Assembly: GCA_040830765.1 (NCBI GenBank) | Contig: JBFOMH010000003.1 | Coordinates: forward strand, 32,001-96,000 | DNA length: 64,000 nt | Reading direction: 5' to 3' | Source: Puniceicoccaceae bacterium | GTDB taxonomy: Bacteria; Verrucomicrobiota; Verrucomicrobiia; Opitutales; Oceanipulchritudinaceae | Part shown: in pieces, positions 51,358 to 61,523 of the stretch | Layout of the letters: the number at the start of each line of letters is the position of its first letter | Numbering within the stretch: position 1 is the first letter of the stretch | Made by a program: the position numbers and the translations under genes | Notes under the pieces: model-generated | The model's input: only the letters and a program-made list of their open reading frames with translations | Databases searched by the model: none | Told to the model about the DNA's origin: nothing

Positions 51358-52757
51358 CGCACGCCTCCTTCCGGAACAAGCTTTTCCAGCCCCAAGGAGC
51401 GACTGCCCTTGAGGAACACCGCGCCCCGGAAGGACTTGATGTGCTCGGCGAGCTCACTTGTGTCAGTGACAAGGTGTACCCTGTCGGCGGTGAATCCACG
51501 CTGTTGCAGACTCTCGGCCATCGGCGCGGCCTCTTCCCCGACGAGGTAAACAGTCGAACCCTCCTTGAGGAGAATTTGTTCACCGGTCCTTCGATGCCAT
51601 TCGGCGGAAGCGGTACCCATCTCCTTCATGCTGCCGATAACGTAGAGATGAGGCAGGCGGGGAAAGATTTTTGCGAAGCGCTGGGCGCTGTCGATCATTG
51701 AACCTGGATTGGCGTTGTAGCAATCGACATAGAACCAGGTTTCCCGGTTCCGGATAACTTCGCCACGTTGGCGGAACGGGCGCCAGGCATCGAGGCAGGC
51801 CTGCAAGGTGGTCTGCGGTACCCCGAGATGAAGCGCTACATGGGCGACCAGGGCCAGATTCGAAACCATCCCCTGGCTGCCGGCTTGAAAGGTAAAACTC
51901 CCAGGGGACACGGGTGCCACCGTTTCCAGTGTACCCGTGCCCCGGGAATGCTTCAGTTCAGTCCATTTGTATTGGTAAATTGTTACATTGGGTAACTGCT
52001 CCCATGCCGGATCCGTCGCTTCACCCGGACCGCACAAGGCATGCACCTGGATGGATTCCGGGATACTCCGGAAAGGCTCGTACTGCAGGAGGGAGACAGG
52101 AATGAAGACATGGCCACCGGGACGGACGGAATGGGCCAGGACCGCCTTTTCCCGGGCGACTCCTTCAATGTCACCAAGGCGTTCCAGGTGAGCCGGGCCA
52201 ACAGCGGTGATGATGGCCATATCGGGTTGGATCATCCCGGCCAGAAGGGGCATCTCATTCACATCATTGATACCGGCCTCAAGGATGGCTCCGGCATGAC
52301 GGCGCGGATCCAGTTCCAGAAGACTCAGGGGTACGCCAATGTGGTTGTTGTAGTTGCCACGGGTGTGAAACCATTGCGTCCCCATGACAATTCCCAGCAT
52401 CTCCTTGACCGTCGTCTTGCCGTAACTGCCGGTAATCCCAATCACGGGAGCCTTGAATCGTTCCCGCCAGTTACCGGCCAGCGCATGCAAGGCCTCCAGC
52501 GAGTCGCGCACGACCAACTGGGGTAGCTCAATGTCCGGGTTGGGCCGTTCAACGAGGGCGGCATTGGCACGGTAATCAAATGCCTTGTGCAGGAAGTCGT
52601 GTCCATCGGCGCGCTCCGAGCGCAGGGCGACAAAGGTCTCCCCCGGCTGGAGGCGCCGGGTATCAAAGGCAAAGGACGTCAAATGCGCAGAAGGAAGGCC
52701 GGTGGCCCAGCGACCTTGGGCGATGGTCGCGGCCTCATCTGGATCAAGGGTTGCCAT
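51351..52757 (-). CDS. murF: UDP-MurNAc-tripeptide--D-Ala-D-Ala ligase
   Basis: DTR, GITGSYGKTT, GNYNNHIGVP, AHLE, EK, DCYNANP.SM and KGSR motifs. Confidence 0.95.
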   Translation of the reverse strand: MATLDPDEAATIAQGRWATGLPSAHLTSFAFDTRRLQPGETFVALRSERADGHDFLHKAFDYRANAALVERPNPDIELPQLVVRDSLEALHALAGNWRERFKAPVIGITGSYGKTTVKEMLGIVMGTQWFHTRGNYNNHIGVPLSLLELDPRRHAGAILEAGINDVNEMPLLAGMIQPDMAIITAVGPAHLERLGDIEGVAREKAVLAHSVRPGGHVFIPVSLLQYEPFRSIPESIQVHALCGPGEATDPAWEQLPNVTIYQYKWTELKHSRGTGTLETVAPVSPGSFTFQAGSQGMVSNLALVAHVALHLGVPQTTLQACLDAWRPFRQRGEVIRNRETWFYVDCYNANPGSMIDSAQRFAKIFPRLPHLYVIGSMKEMGTASAEWHRRTGEQILLKEGSTVYLVGEEAAPMAESLQQRGFTADRVHLVTDTSELAEHIKSFRGAVFLKGSRSLGLEKLVPEGGVRC

Positions 52758-54367
52758 CACTGCTGCTGCCACTGCCTGTTTTGGATAATTTCACGGGCTA
52801 CCGCGCGGTCGTCGAATGGGACCACGCAGTCGCCGAATTCCTGGAAAGTCTCATGTCCCTTGCCGGCTATGAGGACGGTGTCGCCGGGTTGAGCCAGCTC
52901 CAGGGCCCGGGCAATGGCCGCCCGCCGGTCCTCAATGAAGTCAAGATTCGGACAAGATTCGTTGCCGTTACGCATGTCATCGAAAATCTGTTGCACGGTC
53001 TCGTTACGGGGATTGTCGGCCGTTGCCAGGGCGACATCACTCAAACGGTTCACGGTGGCGGTAATGACCGGCCGGGTAGCGGCGTCCCGGTTACCACCAC
53101 AGCCAAAGACGGTAATCAAACGGCCCTTGGTGAGCCCACGGACCATCTTCAGGCCCTTCTCGTAAGCTGCCTCCGTGTGCATGTAATCAATGAGGACGTT
53201 AAAGGGCTGCTCCATCTCGAGGCGTTCCATGCGACCACGCACCCCGGGGAAGGAAAGGAGGGCAGACCCCATCTCGGCGGGATCCAGTCCGTGCAGGTAT
53301 CCACAGGCAAGGGCCGCCAGGGTGTTCTGGAGATTGAATTCACCGAGCAAAGGACTGACCAGCTTGAGCGAGCCACCCGGCCATGAGAGCAGAAAACGGG
53401 TATCCTTCTCGCTGTAGGCAATGTCGCTGGCCCGGATATCGGCCTCTGCAGAAGTCCCGAAGGTCAGGGTCTTATCAAGGACTTTGGCTGGGAGCGTCCG
53501 ATGGATGTCCCCCACCTGCGGGTCATCAATACCAGCAACAAAATGCTTCAATGAACCTGCCTGGTGGCAGATGAAATCACGCTCCAGCTCAACGTAGTTG
53601 TCCAGGGTCCCGTGATAATTGAGGTGCTCCGCCGTGATGTTGAGGAGCACCAGCTGTTCAAACTTTAGCCGTGCGATGCGCCCCTGGTCGATCCCGTGGG
53701 AACTGACCTCCATGAGGACTTCCTCGCAGGACTGCTGCTGGATCTGCGAGAGTAGACTGTAGAGCTCGATCGGTTCGGGGGTTGTCCGGTGGGCCGGGAG
53801 GGTCCGGTTGCCAATCTCGTAGTTGATGGTCCCGAGGAGTCCAACCGGTCCGCGGGCCTTGAGGAAATGCTTGAGGAGGACGGAGGCCACGGTCTTGCCA
53901 CTGGTCCCCAGGAAACCGGTCAGCTTCAGCTTGCTGGCGGGCTTGCCAAAGAACCGGTTGGCCACTTCGGCCACCACTTGCGGCAAGTCGCTTGTCCGGA
54001 TGAGGGTGACATTGGGCGGGACCCAGCAATCCTTTTCCGAAACGATGGCTACCGCACCCCGGTCGATGGCTTCATTGATAAAGAAGTGCCCATCGGTTCG
54101 CATCCCCGGCATGGCGAAAAAGAGGGAGCCGGCAACGACGCGGCGACTGTCCGTGGCCAGCGAATGAATGCGCACGTTGTCCTTGCCCGCAACTGTCAGG
54201 TTCGGGATGCCGGCAATCAGCGCTTTCAAGGTTTGCGTCATGTGCCTGTTCCTGACAGCACGCTCAAGGAGCATCGCCGAACCGGCGGCCCGGTAATCGG
54301 AGAGGCGGTGGGTGGCTGCAGGGCGGTGGGTTCTTTTTGATAAAACGGTCGGGTTAAAAGGAGTCAT
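52757..54367 (-). CDS. murE: MurE-like UDP-MurNAc-dipeptide--DAP ligase (several substitutions)
   Basis: DSR, TTP, MEVSSH, GRME, FGCGG.RD, DNPR and AGKGHE motifs. Start uncertain (54367 or 54241). Confidence 0.9.
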   Translation of the reverse strand: MTPFNPTVLSKRTHRPAATHRLSDYRAAGSAMLLERAVRNRHMTQTLKALIAGIPNLTVAGKDNVRIHSLATDSRRVVAGSLFFAMPGMRTDGHFFINEAIDRGAVAIVSEKDCWVPPNVTLIRTSDLPQVVAEVANRFFGKPASKLKLTGFLGTSGKTVASVLLKHFLKARGPVGLLGTINYEIGNRTLPAHRTTPEPIELYSLLSQIQQQSCEEVLMEVSSHGIDQGRIARLKFEQLVLLNITAEHLNYHGTLDNYVELERDFICHQAGSLKHFVAGIDDPQVGDIHRTLPAKVLDKTLTFGTSAEADIRASDIAYSEKDTRFLLSWPGGSLKLVSPLLGEFNLQNTLAALACGYLHGLDPAEMGSALLSFPGVRGRMERLEMEQPFNVLIDYMHTEAAYEKGLKMVRGLTKGRLITVFGCGGNRDAATRPVITATVNRLSDVALATADNPRNETVQQIFDDMRNGNESCPNLDFIEDRRAAIARALELAQPGDTVLIAGKGHETFQEFGDCVVPFDDRAVAREIIQNRQWQQQ

Positions 54368-56123
54368 TGGAGACAATAAAGGGTTCCCATTTTTCAGGTT
54401 TGCGGATGGCCAGGTGCGGGATCAGCTTCTCCCCGATTGAGCGGAAAACCGGAGCCGCCACGACCCCGCCATAGGCAGGACCGCTCACCTTGCCGTCGTC
54501 GACAACAACCGTGATGACTACCTTCGGCTTGCTGGCCGGGAAGAATCCACTGAAGGAGCCCACATGGTTCGTCAGGCTGTACTGGCCATTGATAATCTTG
54601 CGACTGGTCCCGGTCTTGCCTGCGACAAGGTAACCCGGAAGGGCCGCCCGGCGGGCTGTCCCTTCGGGACTGACCACACTGACCAGCATTTCCCGCATCA
54701 GGCGGGCGGTGGTCACGGAAAGAATGCGCTCACCCTTGACGGGCTCCAGCGGCATGGAAAGCTCCTCAACCGGATCGATGACGCGTTTCAGGATCCGGGG
54801 ACGGAGCCGTACCCCGTCATTGGCAATGGTCGACATGGCCTGGTGCACCTGGATGGCCGTTGCCCCGACAGCGTAACCGGTCGGCAGCCGGCTGATGGTC
54901 AGGCCATCCCACTTGTCCACGGTTGGCAGGGATCCGTTGATTTCACCGGACAAGGGCCAGCCGACCGGCTTTCCAAATCCAAAACGGCTGGCATAGTCGT
55001 ACATCCGCTGCTCGCCCAGTCGCATCCCAATCTGGGCCGCACCGCGGTTACTCGACTTGGTGACAATGGTCTTCACGGGCACCACCCCGAGGTTGCGATG
55101 GTCCGAGGGCAGCCGGATGGTCACATTGTTGAAGACACAGACCTCCATGCCACAATCAAATTCCGACTCCGGTCCGATGATGCCTTCCTCAAGACCAGCC
55201 GCCACCGGGACAATCTTGAAGGTCGAACCTGGTTCGTACTGGTCGGTCAAAGCGCGGTTGCGCTGGTTTTCCAGTGGAAACTCCCAGAAGGTATTGGGAT
55301 CAAAGGTGGGATAATTGGCCATGCCAAGGATCTCCCCGCTGGTCGGATCCGAGACAATGATGCTGGCCCCGGCCGGAGTCACTTCCTCGACAAGCTGCTG
55401 CAGGGCGCTTTCGATCACTGATTGTACAAAAAGATCAATGGTCAACTCAACATGCATGCCATTCCTCGGGGCCACCTCGCGCTCCCGGAATGCTGCCAGT
55501 TCCCTGCGAAGGCCGTCCACTTCTGTTTCCCTCCAGCCGGCCTGGCCATGCAGATAATAATCAAGCGCATGCTCGACGCCCATTACCGGCGTCTGTTCCT
55601 TGTTGATAAACCCAATCACATGGGCCGCCAGTTCACGGCCGGGATAATACCGTTCGTAGCGACGGTTTCCATACACGCCTTGCATATCCAGCGCCTGCAC
55701 CGCTGCGTAAAGATCTTCATCAATCTCCGCCAGGGGAACCCAACGGACTTCCCTTTTCACTCCTTTGCTGTCAATCCGCTCCCGGCGGTTCAGCTTCTCC
55801 GCGATCTCCGTGAAGGGCTGGTCAAGGATTCCGGCCAGGAGGGCGATTTGCTCGGTGTCAGAAGTGTCGACCACCTGGGGATCCGCCCCGAGGAGGATTT
55901 CCGAACGGGTCCCGGCCAGGAGGTTGCCATGGCGATCAAGGATGTCACCCCGTTTGGCTTCCATCCGCACCACCCGCTTGCGGGCCGATTCAACTTCCTC
56001 GGCAATGCTTTCCGCCCGTACCACCTGCAGAAAATAGAGACGCCCGCAGAGCAGGAAAAACCCAACGACCACGACCGCCGTACAAACATGAAAGCGGGCT
56101 TTCCTGACACATACCTTCGACAT
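54354..56123 (-). CDS. ftsI: Class B penicillin-binding protein FtsI/PBP3
   Basis: RGDILDR, RYYP, EPGSTFK (SxxK), KSSN (SxN) and KTGT motifs. Confidence 0.93.
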   Translation of the reverse strand: MSKVCVRKARFHVCTAVVVVGFFLLCGRLYFLQVVRAESIAEEVESARKRVVRMEAKRGDILDRHGNLLAGTRSEILLGADPQVVDTSDTEQIALLAGILDQPFTEIAEKLNRRERIDSKGVKREVRWVPLAEIDEDLYAAVQALDMQGVYGNRRYERYYPGRELAAHVIGFINKEQTPVMGVEHALDYYLHGQAGWRETEVDGLRRELAAFREREVAPRNGMHVELTIDLFVQSVIESALQQLVEEVTPAGASIIVSDPTSGEILGMANYPTFDPNTFWEFPLENQRNRALTDQYEPGSTFKIVPVAAGLEEGIIGPESEFDCGMEVCVFNNVTIRLPSDHRNLGVVPVKTIVTKSSNRGAAQIGMRLGEQRMYDYASRFGFGKPVGWPLSGEINGSLPTVDKWDGLTISRLPTGYAVGATAIQVHQAMSTIANDGVRLRPRILKRVIDPVEELSMPLEPVKGERILSVTTARLMREMLVSVVSPEGTARRAALPGYLVAGKTGTSRKIINGQYSLTNHVGSFSGFFPASKPKVVITVVVDDGKVSGPAYGGVVAAPVFRSIGEKLIPHLAIRKPEKWEPFIVSNDSF

Positions 56124-56548
56124 CAATCCATTGGCGTGAGGGATTCCATGACAGCCAGATCGATTGAGTAACGGAAGGGATCCGTATCCTTGCGCTGGGC
56201 ACCGCCCTTGGTATCCTTGGCATAGGTGCGCTGGTGTTGCGGATAACCATCCATGTAAACAACCTGGTCAGCCAGTGGCGGACGGAGATTGAGGTTGAGG
56301 CGCTTGATCTGGCGCTCGAGGTAAATGGGCTGGTGAATTTCCGCGATCTTGGTGTCAAGGTAGCGCAGGCGACGCTCCTCCTTGGCGATTTCCAATTCCA
56401 GCGTGCGAGTTGCCTGGGCCGTATATTCTATCTTTTGACGCAACCATAACAGGCCCAGGCAACCGCTCACCGTAACCACTGCCAGCACAATCAGCAGTGA
56501 TAAAATCTGTTTATAATAAAGGGTTTCTTTTTGTAGTGCGGGACTCAT
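56123..56548 (-). CDS. ftsL: FtsL-like cell division protein
   Basis: Single TM plus coiled coil; lies between rsmH and ftsI. Confidence 0.65.
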   Translation of the reverse strand: MSPALQKETLYYKQILSLLIVLAVVTVSGCLGLLWLRQKIEYTAQATRTLELEIAKEERRLRYLDTKIAEIHQPIYLERQIKRLNLNLRPPLADQVVYMDGYPQHQRTYAKDTKGGAQRKDTDPFRYSIDLAVMESLTPMD

Positions 56549-57489
56549 GCAGCCCTCCTCTGTTTTTCCAGAACCCGCAACTTGGCAGAGCGGGACCGGG
56601 GGTTTTGGGATATTTCGTCTTCATCTGCGATGACCGGCTTGCGGGTCACCATTTCGGCTTGGCGGACACGGAACTGACCCGGACGGGAATCCCGGCCATG
56701 CTCAGGCCGGCCCGCCATGCGCCGGAAAAAGCGTTTGACGATCCGGTCCTCCAGGGAATGAAAGCTGATCGCGGCAATGCGCCCGCCGTCGACGAGCTTG
56801 TCGAACGCCGCCGGCAAGGCCGCTTCGATTACCGCCAATTCCCGGTTCACGGCAATCCGGACGCCCTGGAAGGTACGCGTAGCCGGATGAATGCGGTCCG
56901 TGGGTCGACGCCCTCCAAGGGCCTCCTCAACCAGTCCGGCAAAGGCCAGGGTACTCTCCAGTTGCTCGGTCCCGCGGGCCGACTCAATGGCAGCAACCAC
57001 CCGGCGCCAGCGGTTTTCCTCGCCAAAGTCACGGACAGCCCGGACCAGCTCGGCAGGATCCGCCGTATTCAAAAAGCGACTCGCGGGAACACCGGCTTGC
57101 GGATTCATTCGCATGTCGAGCGGGCCATCCTCACGGAAGGAAAATCCCCGCCGGGCCTCGTCAAAGTGATAGGAACTGACCCCGAAGTCGAACAGGATAC
57201 CGGTAAAGTCGGTTTCCTCAATTTGACCGAGGTCCTCGAAGTTCATGTGGTAAAGTGTCAGGCGTCCGGGAAAGTCGGACTGCAAGCGGCGACCCCTGTC
57301 AATAGCCTCCGGATCGCAGTCCAGCGCGACCACGAAGTTGCGATCGTCGGCCTCGAGGATAGCCCGGGTGTGACCACCTCCGCCGAAAGTGGCATCAAGA
57401 AACATCCCGTTCCGGCCCTCCGCCAGATACGCGACAACCGGTCCAAGAAGAACCGGCAAATGTCCGCTCGATGTCCCTTCTTCCTTCAT
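56545..57489 (-). CDS. rsmH: 16S rRNA C1402 N4-methyltransferase RsmH
   Basis: HLPVL, DATFGGGGH, DFGVSS, PLDMRM, FHSLEDR and NPRSRSAKLR motifs. Confidence 0.97.
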   Translation of the reverse strand: MKEEGTSSGHLPVLLGPVVAYLAEGRNGMFLDATFGGGGHTRAILEADDRNFVVALDCDPEAIDRGRRLQSDFPGRLTLYHMNFEDLGQIEETDFTGILFDFGVSSYHFDEARRGFSFREDGPLDMRMNPQAGVPASRFLNTADPAELVRAVRDFGEENRWRRVVAAIESARGTEQLESTLAFAGLVEEALGGRRPTDRIHPATRTFQGVRIAVNRELAVIEAALPAAFDKLVDGGRIAAISFHSLEDRIVKRFFRRMAGRPEHGRDSRPGQFRVRQAEMVTRKPVIADEDEISQNPRSRSAKLRVLEKQRRAA

Positions 57490-57492
57490 GCG

Positions 57493-57708
57493 TTAACTTT
57501 TCCTGAGCGAGTGCCAGATCTGCATCCAGCCACTCATTCCCCGGTTGACCTTCGGAGCGTGGGCCTTTTGCCGCCGGTAGAGGGCATCTCTGACCGAGCC
57601 CCCGACAGGCATGTTCAGTTTGGGAACCTCGGGCGGGCTCCATGAGGAATAATGCTTGGGTTCACCGGTATTGAGGATTCCACTTTGCATCAGTCGCTTT
57701 GTTTTCAT
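57493..57708 (-). CDS. Putative 71-aa small protein between mraZ and rsmH
   Basis: GGAG RBS 8 nt before ATG 57708. The ORF fills the gap and stops 3 bp before the rsmH start. Confidence 0.55.
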   Translation of the reverse strand: MKTKRLMQSGILNTGEPKHYSSWSPPEVPKLNMPVGGSVRDALYRRQKAHAPKVNRGMSGWMQIWHSLRKS

Positions 57709-57730
57709 GCGGCTTTCTCCCTCGTCTTGG

Positions 57731-58177
57731 TTAAATTCCCATCTCCGCCATGGCTTCGAGGATGTCGAAGTCCTCTTCCCCAGCCTCACGGCGGTCGGCG
57801 TCCCAGATTTCGAAATAATGTCCCAGCCCGACGAGGCTGACGGTCTTTTCAATCCCGGCGTGCTTCTTGAGCCCGTCCGGGAGGAGGATGCGGCCCTGCT
57901 TGTCACAGCCAAACTTGAAGGCCCGGCTGAACATCTTCCGCAGGGCAGCCTTGCTACGCACATTGCTCTGCTGGATTTGACGGGCCTTCTCCATCAGCTC
58001 ATCGAGCATGTGCGGGGGATAAACCACGATACAGCCTTCGGGATGAGGCCATGCAAAGTAATAGCTGCCATCGTCGCCAGCGACCCGCCAGCTGGAGGGC
58101 ACGGTCACGCGATTCCGTGCATCCAGTTGATGCACAAACTCACCGACATACGCCATCATTTGCCCTCGTTCCATCAT
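57731..58177 (-). CDS. mraZ: dcw cluster transcriptional regulator MraZ
   Basis: Two DxxxR motifs (LDARNRVTVP, CDKQGRILLP) and EIW; first gene of the dcw cluster. Confidence 0.93.
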   Translation of the reverse strand: MMERGQMMAYVGEFVHQLDARNRVTVPSSWRVAGDDGSYYFAWPHPEGCIVVYPPHMLDELMEKARQIQQSNVRSKAALRKMFSRAFKFGCDKQGRILLPDGLKKHAGIEKTVSLVGLGHYFEIWDADRREAGEEDFDILEAMAEMGI

Positions 58178-58196
58178 CGCTGCTAGGTCAAGCTCT

Positions 58197-58230
58197 CCAC
58201 TCTGGCCCATTTTCTGACATTCCGTCCCAC
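58197..58230 (-). promoter_or_regulatory. Putative MraZ-binding dcw box (four 10-bp-phased GTGG-like repeats)
   Basis: Minus strand reads GTGG, ATGT, ATGG, GTGG at an exact 10-nt period just upstream of mraZ. Confidence 0.65.
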
Positions 58231-58590
58231 ATTGGTCAAGTCCCTTTTGTAAAAAATGGAAATTTAAAAATGCTGTAAGCTTCTGAAAAAGAAGCGCTTA
58301 GCCGGGTTATTAACGAGTTGTTCACAGTAAATTGAACATGTCTCAAACGGTCCCGGGAAGGAGGAATTGAACTCAGCCCAAGAAATAAAATCCCATAAAC
58401 ATCTCGTATTCAACAAATTGCGAATTTGTTTACAATTCACATTGCTAGTTACCAGCAAGGTCCGGATCGTGAACTACCGGATTTGTATCCAAAATTACCG
58501 ACAATTGTGAAAAGGAGGATTAATGGGTCCGATTAGGGTGAAATCGGAGGAAAATTGACAATTCCTGACCGGGAGGGCCATAAAACGGGC

Positions 58591-59355
58591 ATGGGAAAGC
58601 GAAAAATGCGGCTGGACGAGCTTCTGGTGGCGCGAGGAATGGTCGAAAACCGGAGCCGGGCGAAGGCGCTGATCATGGGTGGCAAGGTCCGGCATGGAAC
58701 AGAAATCCTCGACAAGGCCGGTAAGGAATATCCGGCCGATTTGGAGTTGGAGCTGGAGCAGCCGTCACCCTACGTCTCGCGGGGGGCGGACAAACTGGCT
58801 GGATACTTCAGGGCATTCCCGTGGAATATTGAGGACAAGCGGTTACTGGACATTGGGGCCTCAACGGGAGGCTTCACGGACTACCTGTTACAGGCCGGGG
58901 CGGTTGAAGCCACCTGTGTCGATGTCGGGCACGGGCAATTGCACTACAAGCTGCGCCAGGATCCCCGGGTCACGAACCTGGAACGGATCAACGCCCGGCA
59001 CCTTGAACCGGAGCAACTCCCCCACTCCACCTACCCGCTGGTCGTGATGGACCTTTCCTTCATTTCCCTGAAGCTGATCCTTCCAGTCGCCTGGCGCTGC
59101 CTCGAACCGGGGGGACTGATGGTCGCCCTTGTGAAACCCCAATTTGAGGCCGGCAAGGAGGAGGCGGACCGGTTCCGGGGCGTCATTACCGACACCACGA
59201 TCCGGGAACGCATACTCAACGAGGTGCTGGATTTTGTCTCACACAACCTCGAGGGCAGCCAACTGGTCGGCTGGTGCGAGTCCCCAATCGCCGGGACCAC
59301 CGGCAACCGGGAATACCTTGCCGGATGGACCCGTGGGGATACCGGGCATACTTGA
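58591..59355 (+). CDS. tlyA: TlyA family rRNA 2'-O-methyltransferase
   Basis: RLDELL S4 domain, YVSRG..KL, DIGASTGGFTD, DLSFISL, KPQFE and GN.E motifs. Confidence 0.95.
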   Translation: MGKRKMRLDELLVARGMVENRSRAKALIMGGKVRHGTEILDKAGKEYPADLELELEQPSPYVSRGADKLAGYFRAFPWNIEDKRLLDIGASTGGFTDYLLQAGAVEATCVDVGHGQLHYKLRQDPRVTNLERINARHLEPEQLPHSTYPLVVMDLSFISLKLILPVAWRCLEPGGLMVALVKPQFEAGKEEADRFRGVITDTTIRERILNEVLDFVSHNLEGSQLVGWCESPIAGTTGNREYLAGWTRGDTGHT

Positions 59356-59387
59356 CTTTAGCAAATTGAGCGGAGTTAATGCAGGCC

Positions 59388-60233
59388 ATGGGGCGCCTGA
59401 AAAACATCCTCCTTGTCGTCAATTCCGGAAAGGCCGGGGCAACAGACCTTGCCGATGAGCTTGCTGCGATTGCTCGCGACGGTGGTGTCCATGCGGAGGT
59501 TGTCACCAATTTCCCGTTGGAAGCCTCGCAGATGGAAGGCTGTGAACTGTGCCTTGTCATTGGAGGCGACGGAACCCTTCTGGGCGTTGTCGAGGCAGCC
59601 TCCCGTTGGGGTGTGCCGGTTCTCGGGATTAACCTGGGGCGGCTGGGCTTCATGGCCAGCTTTTCCCCGGACGAAATCAGGTCCCGCTTCGAGGGTTTCC
59701 TAGAGGGTCAATTCACCTACCGCAGCCTGACAGTCCTCAGTTGTTCCGAACCGGGCGGGGAAACGGTTCATGTTTTGAACGACCTTGTCATTAAGGCCCG
59801 GACCTCGCGGCTCATCCGCCTGGAAATTCATTGCGAGGCGGAGCACATGAACACTTACCACGCTGACGGGGTCATCTTTTCGACCCCGACCGGTTCAACC
59901 GCCTACAACCTGTCCGCCGGTGGCCCTATTGTCCATCCCTCGGCCAAGGTCATGGTGACAACCCCCATCAACCCGCACACGCTTTCCAACCGGGCCATCG
60001 TGCTGGATGACTCCCACGTGTTGCTGGTCAATCTCCTCGGCAGTCCGGAGGATGTCCAGGTATCCGCGGACGGAAGGACGATATTCGGCAGCAGCCCGAC
60101 CTTCCCGATAGAAATCAAGGTCGCACCCGACCGGTCCTTCCATCTGGTCCAGCCGGAAGGATATTCCCATTACTTTGTCCTGCGGAACAAACTCCGCTGG
60201 ACCGGCGACGCCATCTTCAGTCAGCCACAGTAG
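59388..60233 (+). CDS. nadK: NAD(+) kinase
   Basis: [17 protein letters not shown] and DG...[16 protein letters not shown] motifs. Confidence 0.95.
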   Translation: MGRLKNILLVVNSGKAGATDLADELAAIARDGGVHAEVVTNFPLEASQMEGCELCLVIGGDGTLLGVVEAASRWGVPVLGINLGRLGFMASFSPDEIRSRFEGFLEGQFTYRSLTVLSCSEPGGETVHVLNDLVIKARTSRLIRLEIHCEAEHMNTYHADGVIFSTPTGSTAYNLSAGGPIVHPSAKVMVTTPINPHTLSNRAIVLDDSHVLLVNLLGSPEDVQVSADGRTIFGSSPTFPIEIKVAPDRSFHLVQPEGYSHYFVLRNKLRWTGDAIFSQPQ

Positions 60234-60241
60234 TCCCGGGC

Positions 60242-60727
60242 TCAGCGGATCGGGACATCCAGGGGAACCGGGTTCAAGAGCATGATCGCGATAGCCAGCC
60301 CGTAGAGGATAATCCCGACAAAGAGAATGTAGCCACCGCGTCGATACGCACTGGTCTTGAGGTTGCGTCGCCGGAGGACCCGCAGGATGGTTTCCTGGTT
60401 ACTTTCCGCCAGCCTTTGCGTGGCCCAGCGAAGGGTCATCACGGAATGGAACATGTAGAAGGCGCAGGCCACGACAACGGAAAGCCCTGCAATGATCGTC
60501 CCCTGGGCAACTGCGTTGGTCCCGGCGATGAGGCGGCCGGAGAAACCGGTAACGGTGATCACGATCCCACAAAAGCTGAAAAGGACCTGAGCCCGGTTGT
60601 GGAGGGTATTGAACTGGCGCTCAACCACCGCCATAGCCTCCTTGAGGTCATTGTTGCACATGGCCAGGATGCGGGTGGCTTCCGTCTGGCAATCGAGGAG
60701 GTGGGTTTTGGGATTTTCGCTTTTCAT
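60242..60727 (-). CDS. Hypothetical 3-TM membrane protein
   Basis: 161-aa ORF with three hydrophobic segments. Confidence 0.7.
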   Translation of the reverse strand: MKSENPKTHLLDCQTEATRILAMCNNDLKEAMAVVERQFNTLHNRAQVLFSFCGIVITVTGFSGRLIAGTNAVAQGTIIAGLSVVVACAFYMFHSVMTLRWATQRLAESNQETILRVLRRRNLKTSAYRRGGYILFVGIILYGLAIAIMLLNPVPLDVPIR

Positions 60728-60800
60728 CAGCCGGCAGGTAAGTTTACTTAAGCTTAATGATGCTCACCCACCTCCATGCAGGGCAAGGGCAAATCCCGGA

Positions 60801-61514
60801 ATGAACCAGAAAGCGCCAGACGATCACGATCCGTTCAATACCAAGCGGCCGGAAGTCTATGACCTCAAGGGTCTGCAATGGCTACTTTTCTATCCGGCAG
60901 CCTGGGGACTTTGGCTCTACTACCGATCCCTCCGCTGGCGTCTGGATAAGGAGACTGAACGTCAGCTGGCGGCGCTCCCCTCCCCGCGCTTGATCGCGGT
61001 GTGGCACAATCGCAGCCTCATCGCCGCGGAATGGCTTCGGAGGACCTTTGATCCGCCACGCTTTGCCTGCCTCATCAGTCCCAGCCGGATGGCGGCCTGG
61101 GAAGTGGCCTTTTTCCGTTTCCTCAAACTAAAGGTCATCCGCGGTTCATCAACTCGCCGCAGTGTCCAGGCAGCGATTGAAATCCTCCGCGCCCTGCGCG
61201 AAGGAAATGATGCCGGCATCTCCCCGGACGGCCCTTCAGGCCCACTCTATTCCTTTCAGGAAGGGGCTATCACCCTCGCCCGCAAGGCCGGGGCATCAAT
61301 GGTCGTTCTGAGCCTCAATGCGGGGGCGGCCTACCGGGCCCGGACATGGGATCGTCATCTCATTCCCCTTCCATTTGCACAGGTCGACGTTCTTGTCCGC
61401 ATTATCGAACCGGATGACCCCATGTGGGGGAAAAACGATGCCGAGGTGGCTGCGAAAGTCCGCTCCATCCTCCTTGAAATGACCCGCGACCCGTTCAGCC
61501 AACCGGAAAACTAG
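60801..61514 (+). CDS. DUF374 / lysophospholipid acyltransferase-like protein
   Basis: WH, RGSS, ISPDGPSGP and WDR..IPLPF motifs. Confidence 0.85.
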   Translation: MNQKAPDDHDPFNTKRPEVYDLKGLQWLLFYPAAWGLWLYYRSLRWRLDKETERQLAALPSPRLIAVWHNRSLIAAEWLRRTFDPPRFACLISPSRMAAWEVAFFRFLKLKVIRGSSTRRSVQAAIEILRALREGNDAGISPDGPSGPLYSFQEGAITLARKAGASMVVLSLNAGAAYRARTWDRHLIPLPFAQVDVLVRIIEPDDPMWGKNDAEVAAKVRSILLEMTRDPFSQPEN

Positions 61515-61523
61515 TCCGGCTTC

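Noticed and set aside
58319..58338. Verrucomicrobial LexA box
   Set aside because: The half-sites TGTTC/GAACA match, but the spacer is 10 nt rather than the 4 nt I recall for that motif.
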